From NCBI GenBank assembly GCA_963758915.1, contig CAVWXH010000005.1, positions 32,001 through 96,000 of the forward strand: a DNA stretch of 64,000 nucleotides. The letters are read 5' to 3'. This DNA is from an uncultured Methanomicrobiales archaeon (GTDB taxonomy: Archaea > Halobacteriota > Methanomicrobia > Methanomicrobiales > Methanospirillaceae). The notes under the pieces are model-generated. The model saw nothing but the letters and a program-made list of their open reading frames with translations, did not search any database and was not told the DNA's origin. Positions 41,918 to 50,435 of the stretch are shown here, piece by piece. Every line of letters starts with the position of its first letter. Position 1 is the first letter of the stretch. A program made the position numbers and the translations under genes.

Positions 41918-43402
41918 TTACAGGATAGGTGAGAACAGCCGGGAGAAAGAAGACCTTGCCTTGAAATAGCGTGAACGACTGGCATACCATGCAGGAGTTA
42001 GTTCGGTACAATTCGGAAGGTCATTGAGGTACGCCTGGTTAAATTCTCCGGCCACTTTTTCATCATAGATAATTGCATTTGTCTCGAAATTCAGCCGGAA
42101 ACTCCTGATATCCCAGTTGGCACTCCCAATTGATGCCGCCACCCCGTCGATCACGATGGTCTTGGCATGAAGGAACCCATTATCATACGTATAGACCTTG
42201 ACACCTGATTCAAGGAGCTCTTCCGCATAGGAATGGCTTGCCCAGTACACAAACATGTGATCCGGTTTACTCGGGATCATAATCCGCACGTCAATTCCTG
42301 ACAGGGCCGCAATATGGAGTGCATCCATCACACTCTGGTCGGGAATGAAATACGGTGTCTGTATATATACGGTATCCAAAGCGGTATTGATCATTTTCAG
42401 GTACGATTCCTTTACCGGGTTCCAACCCGTGTCAGGTCCGCCTGAAACGATCTGCATCGTGGAACCTTCCTGGTGGGGGCTCTGGTGGAAGTACCGCTCG
42501 CCAATACCCATTGTATCCTTGGAAGCGAAATTCCAGTCGAGATAGAACCGTATCTGGGCAACTAATGCACCCGTCCCCTTGATCCTTACGGCTGCATCCC
42601 GCCAGTACCCCCACCGCTTGTCCAGCCCGAGATAATCGTCACCGATATTAAAGCCGCCAATAAACGCGGTCTCCCCGTCGATGATCGCAATTTTCCGGTG
42701 ATTCCGGAAGTTCACCCGGTAATTGAAATAGGAAAATAAGGAGGGGAAAAAGACTGCATGTTTCCCGCCGGCAGCAGTAAATTCATCATAAAAATGCTTT
42801 GGCAGACCTCCGCTTCCCACCCCGTCAACGAGAAGCCGAACTTCGACTCCCGACCGGGCTTTCTCGGTAAGTGCCTTCATGATGTCCCGGCCGAGTCCGT
42901 CATCTTTCAGAATAAAATATTCCATGTGCACATGGTCGCGGGCATTGCTGATTTCCATGATTAAGTCAGCAAACTTGGCTTTCCCATCTGTATAGGGGGT
43001 GATCTGATTATTGGTCGTGATAAGAGCCCGGTTATTCTGGAGCAGCAGCAGTGCCATCCTGCGGATGGCCCCGGACCATCGACTGGTCATTTTCTCCTCC
43101 TTTTCTTTTACCTCCTTTATCTGGGCTGCCATCAGATCCGTCAATTTCTGATCGCTCTCTTTTTTAATGGAAAACAACTTTTCTTTCCGGTAATTCTGAC
43201 CAAAGACCAGGTACAGGAAAAAACCGATAAACGGCAGCAACAACAGTACCAGGATCCATGAAACTGCACGAGTCGGGTTTTTTCTCTCAACGAACACAAT
43301 TGTGATAGCGAAAAAAATATTTACGACAGTTAGTATCGGCAACAGGAAATAGTAAATCGCTTGCAGAAAATCAAATATCTGGACCAGAAGATCGGAAACC
43401 AT
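41918..43402 (-). CDS. cls: Cardiolipin synthase (PLD family, ClsA-type)
   Basis: PLDc_N 2-TM domain, two HKD motifs (RNHRKIAIIDG, FLHAKTIVIDG), GSANWDIRSFRLNFE. Confidence 0.93.
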   Translation of the reverse strand: MVSDLLVQIFDFLQAIYYFLLPILTVVNIFFAITIVFVERKNPTRAVSWILVLLLLPFIGFFLYLVFGQNYRKEKLFSIKKESDQKLTDLMAAQIKEVKEKEEKMTSRWSGAIRRMALLLLQNNRALITTNNQITPYTDGKAKFADLIMEISNARDHVHMEYFILKDDGLGRDIMKALTEKARSGVEVRLLVDGVGSGGLPKHFYDEFTAAGGKHAVFFPSLFSYFNYRVNFRNHRKIAIIDGETAFIGGFNIGDDYLGLDKRWGYWRDAAVRIKGTGALVAQIRFYLDWNFASKDTMGIGERYFHQSPHQEGSTMQIVSGGPDTGWNPVKESYLKMINTALDTVYIQTPYFIPDQSVMDALHIAALSGIDVRIMIPSKPDHMFVYWASHSYAEELLESGVKVYTYDNGFLHAKTIVIDGVAASIGSANWDIRSFRLNFETNAIIYDEKVAGEFNQAYLNDLPNCTELTPAWYASRSRYFKARSSFSRLFSPIL

Positions 43403-43590
43403 AATACACCTCAGAACGTTTTTTTTTCAAAAACCGTTGAGGGAAACTTGCATATCCAATCCTATATATTATCTTTGATTTTTTTTCTATATCCCCCAAA
43501 CCTTATAGCTCCCTTGGTTCGAACGAGTGTATCCAATTACTGGCAATTGTTTTCGACACATTCATATTTCCTCTCACCAATTTTCTAGCA

Positions 43591-43902
43591 ATGAGTTCCA
43601 AAGTAGTTAACCGATCATACAAACCAAAGGACTGGGTAATAACCGTTCTCGGGGCAGTTATTTTAGGTTTTAGCGTGGGAGCGTTATTATTTCCCCCCAT
43701 CGCAATTCAAAACGGACTTTCCAGCTATGTCTCTCCGTCGTTATTTTACCCCGTCACCCTCCTCATCAAGGGAATCTTAATAATTATAGGGCTGCTGATG
43801 TGGTACCAAATCCGGAGTAAGGCTCAATTAAACCGTGTTTTCTGGATAGTTACCGCTGTCTGCCTGGTTGCTGAGTTCCTTCTGGCAATACGCTACGTGT
43901 AG
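43591..43902 (+). CDS. Small 3-TM hypothetical protein
   Basis: ORF with three hydrophobic helices followed by a T-run. Confidence 0.6.
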   Translation: MSSKVVNRSYKPKDWVITVLGAVILGFSVGALLFPPIAIQNGLSSYVSPSLFYPVTLLIKGILIIIGLLMWYQIRSKAQLNRVFWIVTAVCLVAEFLLAIRYV

Positions 43903-43981
43903 AATCAGGCTACAATAATTTTTTTTTAATTGGTTAAACGCTATCAAGAACAGGTGAAAGGGTTACATCTTACCAAATAAC

Positions 43982-44242
43982 GGCTTTGTTGAAACCCTTC
44001 GGTGTCATAAAAAATAAGAGGGAAATACGAAGACAGGAGGGGGTTTCACCCCCTCCCTGCCCCACCCCCATTAAGATATTCTTCGGGCAGGGTTTACCGA
44101 AGGCTCATTAAATTCAGTGTATTGGGGGATGGTCTCTATCCCAACCGGGGTCGCCAAAACGGCGGGGCGGAGCCCCGTGAGCGTGACGAAATTTTGGAAT
44201 TACCAATCTGCAAGATAGATTTGAGAGGATTTCTACAGAGCC
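43982..44242 (-). mobile_element. MITE copy 4, internally deleted (261 bp)
   Basis: Perfect 8-bp TSD CAAATAAC (43974-43981 and 44243-44250); nearly identical to copy 2 but lacks ~93 bp between two TTTC micro-homologies. Confidence 0.9.
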
Positions 44243-44538
44243 CAAATAACCTGATCTCTTTTTTTTGTAAATATCTTCCAGGAAAATTTTCTCCATCCTG
44301 ATAAAACTGGTTAAATCCAAACATATTCAATTTCCATCTGAGATGCTGCCGGAAATGATGGGCGCAATTACAATTATTACCTGGAGAACCGAAAATTCGG
44401 AACCTCGGATCTCCAGTCCTTTCCGATTACAAGACCCCGTTTCGATTCAATAAGAAGGTTGCAATCGCTTGCGGAAAAAACACCGGTGCTAATTAATACT
44501 TAACAATTAAAGAATAACCACTCAAGGAGTGAGTACGT

Positions 44539-44928
44539 ATGGAAAAAGCACGACCAATTGGTGTACTATTTCTGGTCTTCCTGGCCATTCTTGGTGCGAT
44601 TAATGCGTTTATATACACGCTGCAGATGTTACATATCCTTCCGACCTACCTTGGACCGGTGGCATTCTACCAGTTCAGCCTCATCGGGGCTGCTTTCTGG
44701 GGATTCCTGGCCTTTATCTGGCTCGGTGTAGCCGGGGCGTTATGGATCATGCACCCGCAGGGCTGGATGTTCATGATGCTGATTGCGACATTTGACCTGA
44801 TATACGGGGTTATTTGTGTTCTTGGCGGGTCTTCATGGGAAGCAATGGCACCGATTATCATTATCAGCGGTCTGGTCCTGGTCTACTGCATGCTGCCCGG
44901 CACGAAAAAAGCCTTTGGAATCCTGTAG
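44539..44928 (+). CDS. 4-TM membrane protein (RPIGV...PGTKKAFG; DUF7144/DUF2127-like)
   Basis: AAGGAG RBS, four TMs, LW...PQGW motif. Confidence 0.7.
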   Translation: MEKARPIGVLFLVFLAILGAINAFIYTLQMLHILPTYLGPVAFYQFSLIGAAFWGFLAFIWLGVAGALWIMHPQGWMFMMLIATFDLIYGVICVLGGSSWEAMAPIIIISGLVLVYCMLPGTKKAFGIL

Positions 44929-45119
44929 TAGTGTGACTGATCTCTAAATCCCCTAATTTTTCGATTTTAAAATAGTTTCCGGGCAGTTATTCATCGTATT
45001 TCCGGTGGGTGTAAAACACTGTTCCCGGCTGTTATTTACCGGGATAATCCGGAAATTTTCAAAAATTTGAAATCACAATGATTAAATTTTAAGAGATTAA
45101 TCATTCTGGACGGAATACA

Positions 45120-45665
45120 ATGAATAAAGAGAATATAACTCCCCCCGAAAGTAACGGTGGATCGCAGGACAACTGCCAGGAAACAGGTGGCGTTCACTCC
45201 TTTGTCCAGTCCCTGGCGGTAAGCAGCAAATGGCTGTTCAGCCTTGCTGTGATCGGGACCGGGATCATTTGTGCCATCCTGTTCATATATGGTTTCCTCC
45301 TGAGTATTTCCTCTGTTTACTATGCAATAGTGGGTTTCAGCTTTGAAATGCATACGGTCCAGGAATTCCTCGCACGGGCAATTGAGATCATTGATATCTT
45401 CCTCGTTGCGACGGTCTTTTACCTCATATCAATGGGGTTGTATGAACTCTTTATCGCCAAAGCCCCGCTACCCGGGTGGGTGGAAATTCGCACCCTTGAT
45501 GATCTGAAAACAAAGCTTCTCGGGCTCATTGTCATTGCCTTAGCCGTTATTTTCCTTGGGGCTGCCCTTACACTCAGTAAAGGGTTAAGCATCCTTGAAT
45601 TCGGTGCTGCGGTGGCGGTTATAATTATCGCAATTTCAGCCTACCTGTGGGTAAAACATGAATAA
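45120..45665 (+). CDS. YqhA/UPF0114 family membrane protein
   Basis: IEIIDIFLVA, GLYELFI, LP.W..I..LDDLK.KL. Confidence 0.88.
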   Translation: MNKENITPPESNGGSQDNCQETGGVHSFVQSLAVSSKWLFSLAVIGTGIICAILFIYGFLLSISSVYYAIVGFSFEMHTVQEFLARAIEIIDIFLVATVFYLISMGLYELFIAKAPLPGWVEIRTLDDLKTKLLGLIVIALAVIFLGAALTLSKGLSILEFGAAVAVIIIAISAYLWVKHE

Positions 45666-45787
45666 TGCCTGGTAAATAGATGATATCCGGGTAATGCCCA
45701 TTTTTTTGACCCCGGATAATTCAACCGGGAATATTACCAATTATTATTCAGTCATTCCACTACATTATTAATTCAGGGGATTTTCCA

Positions 45788-46735
45788 ATGGTTCCAGAAG
45801 ACGAACTCAGTAATGAAAAAGGGTTTGGGTATGAAATATTCATTGCCCTTGTATCAATATTATCGGTTGTCAACCTCGCTCTGGTGTATATTCCGGGTGT
45901 GAACCCGGAAGCGGTCAACGTTGTAGAAATTATCAACGTTTTCCTGACGGTTATCTTCGTTCTTGATTTCGTGTACAGGTTCACTACCACGAAGTCAAAG
46001 TCCCATTATTTCTTCCGTGACTATGGATGGGCTGATTTACTCGCCTGTGCACCCCAGTTAAGATTTTTAAGGATTTTCCGTATTTTCAAGGCCTACCGGC
46101 TTATCAAAGAACACGGGGTCAAAGAAATTACCCATTATCTATCGTATAACCGGGCTGAAGCAGCGTTATACATCCTTGTTTTCTCGGTAATCATCATCCT
46201 TGAAGTGGGCTCATTTTTAGTATTGCGTGCAGAATACAGCGCACCCAATGCAAATATCACAACAGCTGGTGATGCCTTGTGGTGGGCATACGTGACCATC
46301 ACCACCGTCGGCTACGGTGATCAGTTCCCGGTTACCGGTGCCGGGAGACTGGTAGGTGTACTGGTAATGACAACCGGTGTGGGGATTTTTGCTACGTTTG
46401 CCGGGTTCATATCGAATAAACTCCTCACACCACCTGAAAAGAAAGATGAGGAAGTGGAGAAACCCAAGGAGGAGATGTCCGAATTTGAAAAGCAGGTCCT
46501 CGCACGAATTGCCGAATTAAAAAATTCCCTGTCGCAACAGGAAAGAAAAAACAACGAGATATCAGCCAAGCTCGAAAAACTGGAACGGGCTCTTGCAGAT
46601 ACTAAACCCTCTTTACCCGCAGATGCCGGAGAAAAGCCTCTGGAGGGTCCGGAACCTGGAGAAAAATATTTCAAAGAGGGAAAATCAAAAACAGATTATA
46701 AATCTTCGTTCTGGAAAAATATTTCCGATAAATAA
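45788..46735 (+). CDS. 6-TM voltage-gated-type potassium channel
   Basis: S4-like LRFLRIFRIFK, WWAYVTITTVGYGD filter, coiled-coil tail. Confidence 0.92.
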   Translation: MVPEDELSNEKGFGYEIFIALVSILSVVNLALVYIPGVNPEAVNVVEIINVFLTVIFVLDFVYRFTTTKSKSHYFFRDYGWADLLACAPQLRFLRIFRIFKAYRLIKEHGVKEITHYLSYNRAEAALYILVFSVIIILEVGSFLVLRAEYSAPNANITTAGDALWWAYVTITTVGYGDQFPVTGAGRLVGVLVMTTGVGIFATFAGFISNKLLTPPEKKDEEVEKPKEEMSEFEKQVLARIAELKNSLSQQERKNNEISAKLEKLERALADTKPSLPADAGEKPLEGPEPGEKYFKEGKSKTDYKSSFWKNISDK

Positions 46736-46980
46736 CCCGGTATGAACTAAAATTACCATTTTTCAGGTGGAATCCACAAACCCGGACTATCCGCAATTAC
46801 AATAATGCCAGATCACGATCTGAAACCATAAACACCATGTTCTCCATGGTCCTGAATAATTAAGAAAACCCGAGGGTCTGGAAAACTATACGATTTCTTC
46901 GTCTCACGCCATGTGGATGAAAAAATTTTACCGGTATTCCAAATTCATTAAATACGTTACATCCAAAGGATCAGGTTGGT

Positions 46981-48261
46981 ATGCTATCCCTGATACTCAT
47001 TGGTGCGATCATCTTTTCGATAGCAATTTTTATCTATTCCCTGGTCTCGCACCGTATCGAGGGGTCAATTATCACAGCTCCCATGATTTTTGTAGGGATT
47101 GGCCTGCTCGTAAGTCCGGACGGGCTTGATTTCATTTCCCTTGGAGTAAATAACCAGTTAGTATTGGTCTTTGCAGAAATCGCACTGGTCTTAATCCTTT
47201 TTTCTGACGCTGCGAGGATAGATTTCACCACCCTGAAAGGAAACCGGAATTTACCCGCCCGGTTGCTTGGGATCGGCCTTCCGCTTACGATTTTTGCGGG
47301 TGCTGTTACGGCGATACTCGTCTTCACCGATCTTGCACTGGCGGAAGCTGCGCTGATAGGGGCCATCCTTGCACCCACTGATGCGGGACTTGGCCAGGTA
47401 ATAGTGAACAGCCCGAAAGTCCCGGCGAGGATCCGCCAGGCCCTGAACGTGGAGAGCGGGCTGAACGATGGAGGCGCTATACCGTTTTTCGCTTTCTTCC
47501 TGGTCCTTGCAGATGCAGAGAAAGAGAACCTTCCCGCAAGCCAGTGGGTCCTGTTTGCAGCTGAACAAATCGGTCTTGGTATCCTCGTAGGGCTGATTGT
47601 TGGCCTGTTAGGGGGATACCTGGTCAACAAGGCCATTGATAAGGGACTCATGCAGGGAAGGTTCAGCTGGATCGGGTTCCTCGCTCTGGCAATAATATCT
47701 TTTATTGCGGCCGATGCAGTGGGCGGAAGCGGTTTCATCGCGGCTTTTGTAGGGGGCTTAGCCACGTCTGTTACCGGCAGACATGTGGGAGAGTCAGTAA
47801 TCGAGTTCACGGCAACAGGGGGAGAGATTTTCAGTCTTGCAGTGTTCTTCATTTTTGGCATCCTCGCTGCCAGTCTTCTGTCAGGATTGACCCTTGAAAT
47901 TTTAATCTATGCAGTCCTGAGCCTGACTCTTATCCGGATGCTCCCGGTCGCGATATCCCTGGTAAAAACCCGTTTACGACCAGAATCAGTGCTTTTCATT
48001 GGCTGGTTTGGTCCACGCGGGCTTGCATCGATTGTGCTGTTACTCATTACACTCAATGATGCCCCGGGTATCCCCGGGTTGCAGACGATAGCGATGGTTG
48101 TCAGTACTACTATCCTTATCAGTGTTTTTGCCCACGGCTTATCTGCAAACCCCCTCATCAACTGGTATGCAGGAAAAATTGCAACATTACCAGGGGATGC
48201 ACCTGAACTGAAAGTGGTGGTGGAGTCACCAACACGAATCCCGGCGAAGGGAAAAAAGTAG
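46981..48261 (+). CDS. CPA1/NhaP-type cation:proton antiporter
   Basis: ILFSDA, LAPTDAGLG, VESGLNDG, GWFGPRGLASIV. Confidence 0.92.
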   Translation: MLSLILIGAIIFSIAIFIYSLVSHRIEGSIITAPMIFVGIGLLVSPDGLDFISLGVNNQLVLVFAEIALVLILFSDAARIDFTTLKGNRNLPARLLGIGLPLTIFAGAVTAILVFTDLALAEAALIGAILAPTDAGLGQVIVNSPKVPARIRQALNVESGLNDGGAIPFFAFFLVLADAEKENLPASQWVLFAAEQIGLGILVGLIVGLLGGYLVNKAIDKGLMQGRFSWIGFLALAIISFIAADAVGGSGFIAAFVGGLATSVTGRHVGESVIEFTATGGEIFSLAVFFIFGILAASLLSGLTLEILIYAVLSLTLIRMLPVAISLVKTRLRPESVLFIGWFGPRGLASIVLLLITLNDAPGIPGLQTIAMVVSTTILISVFAHGLSANPLINWYAGKIATLPGDAPELKVVVESPTRIPAKGKK

Positions 48262-48459
48262 TTAAACTGAACCTGGCTCTCCTTACTTCTCGTTTCTGCA
48301 GTTGTTGCAATGATACCCGGGTGGTTGCTCTCAAAGTACTCAGGGAAAAACATGCAGCAAAACGAGGGATAACCGCAATAATCACGAGATCTCCGGACCG
48401 CTTAACATTTTTTTTAATATGGGTAATGCCCGGGTTTTCAGCCCGGTGCTGGCATCCCA

Positions 48460-49045
48460 TCCGGAAGGACCCCTGCTTTTTCTACCCTGATGGTACTGTT
48501 GATAATTCGTTTTGTACAGATTGCGATGGTTTTCTTTTCAAACAGGTACTGGTGAAGAAAAATATCAATCGGGTCCCATAAGGCAACCCAGCAGAAAATG
48601 ACAATGGCGCCAACCAGAATGTCTGCGAGGACCGGGTCGGTGGTAGTGGAATACAGGTAGATGCAGAATAGGAGCAGTACCTGCAGAAATACTCAGTCCA
48701 TAAATAAGTCCGTATTTTATTCTTTTCAACTGAACCCGCAACTTTCCTCCTTGCACCCTCACACCGATAGGTGAAATAGGTCCGCACTGCCTCCGGAAGG
48801 TCAGACTCTGACTTCATCTGTTACCTGCGGAGCAGGAAACCTGATCGTATAGTGGACCGGTTTTTTCGGTTCCCTGTCAATTATTGCCGTGATCATGGCA
48901 ATACAGCGCATCATCTGGAAAGGTCCCTGTTTTTTACGGGTGACGGGTCATCCGGATCGAAGAACTGGTCAACACGTTTGAAACCAAGTTCGACAACCAG
49001 CTGGTCTTCCTCTTCCCTAATATGTTCAATATAATTTGATCATGT
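48460..49045 (-). pseudogene. Third, multiply frameshifted member of the 25035/27530 family
   Basis: Frame-hopping gives VELGFKRVDQFFDPDDPSP / ESDLPEAVRTYFTYR / LVGAIVIFCWVALWDPIDIFL, collinear with the paralogs; boundaries approximate. Confidence 0.7.
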
Positions 49046-49257
49046 TGTTTGTAATCCTCCAGCCATCATCCGGGATGATTGCCGGATCCCGGGAATTCAC
49101 GTGAGTGTATTCTACTGCATTTTTCTGCTGTACTGTATTAATAACTGTTTTGTTTCCTGAAGCCAGGAATAATATTGCTTTTCCGGCTATTTTGTTTCGT
49201 ATTCTTTAAATTCGGGTAATTCCTACTATTTCCATAGTTCATTAACGAGGGGATTTT

Positions 49258-50280
49258 ATGGCTGAAGGAATTTTCGCAAGACTGAAAGAGGGTCGTTTTG
49301 ATCCGGACTATGTGCCGATCTTTGAAAGTAAGTTATTTTTTGAAGGAGAAAAAAGAGAGCGGCAGACGATCAACTTTGCAGTACTTCTGGCACTCGCCAC
49401 GGTTATTGCGACCTATGGTGTCATTACAGACTCTACTGCAACGGTGATTGGTGCAATGATTGTTGCACCGCTGATGACCCCGATAATGGCTACCGGGGCA
49501 GCCGTGTCAATGGGGGCTTCAAGGCGGGCGATGAGTTCCATTACCCTTGTCACTCTCGGCGTAATCGGGGTTATTATGCTGGCGATGATCCTTACTGCGG
49601 TAGTGCCTGGTCAGCTGGTATCGCTGACACAAAATCCGCAGATAACCTCCCGTGTCAGTCCGGGCCTGCTTGATTTGTTGATTGCCCTTGCAGCGGGTGC
49701 AGCAGGAGCTTTCGCAATAGGCCGGCAGGAGATAGCCGATTCCCTGGCAGGTGTCGCGATAGCAATCTCCCTTGTCCCCCCGCTGTGTGTTGTCGGAATA
49801 ACCCTGTTCCATGGAGGTTTTATCGAGGCAAGTGGTGCTTTTCTCTTGTTCCTCACTAATTTTATCGCAATTCTGGTGGCAGGAACCATCATGTTCGGCC
49901 TGATGGGGTTGCCGGGGGCGATAAAGATGGAAATGAAGGCTGAAACGCGGAAGAAAGCCATGGTTGCGATAATGATTGCAGGTATCTTGCTAATCGGAGT
50001 TCTTGCGGTAACGAGTTACCAGGCATACCAGGCGACAAATGACCAGATAGAAGCGAAGAACCTCGTAACAGAATGGGTTGGCCTCTCCCAGTACCAGGTA
50101 CAGAAAGTGGTTCTTACCAGGTCAGGTGTTAATGTAATTCTCGTTGGTGAAGGTCCGTTACCCCCCCTCGAAACCCTGTCAAAGGATATGGAAGAACAAT
50201 TTGGTCGGATGATGGTTATTCAACTGCATACAATCCCGGAAAAAAAAGTAACCTATCCGTCGGTTATGGCGGGGTTATAA
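49258..50280 (+). CDS. DUF389 / TIGR00341 family membrane protein
   Basis: DSTATVIGAMIVAPLMTPI, GVAIAISLVPPL, LFLTN. Confidence 0.9.
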   Translation: MAEGIFARLKEGRFDPDYVPIFESKLFFEGEKRERQTINFAVLLALATVIATYGVITDSTATVIGAMIVAPLMTPIMATGAAVSMGASRRAMSSITLVTLGVIGVIMLAMILTAVVPGQLVSLTQNPQITSRVSPGLLDLLIALAAGAAGAFAIGRQEIADSLAGVAIAISLVPPLCVVGITLFHGGFIEASGAFLLFLTNFIAILVAGTIMFGLMGLPGAIKMEMKAETRKKAMVAIMIAGILLIGVLAVTSYQAYQATNDQIEAKNLVTEWVGLSQYQVQKVVLTRSGVNVILVGEGPLPPLETLSKDMEEQFGRMMVIQLHTIPEKKVTYPSVMAGL

Positions 50281-50435
50281 AATATTTATGAAAAAACCCC
50301 CACAGCTTACCCCGTTCAATGAGGGATCCCGTGGAAAAAATGCCAACATATCCGGCAGCAATAATAATTGAACGTCCCGAACAACTATATCCACAGGGCA
50401 CTGAAATTACTAGAGCAAACCCATACCTTTGAAAA

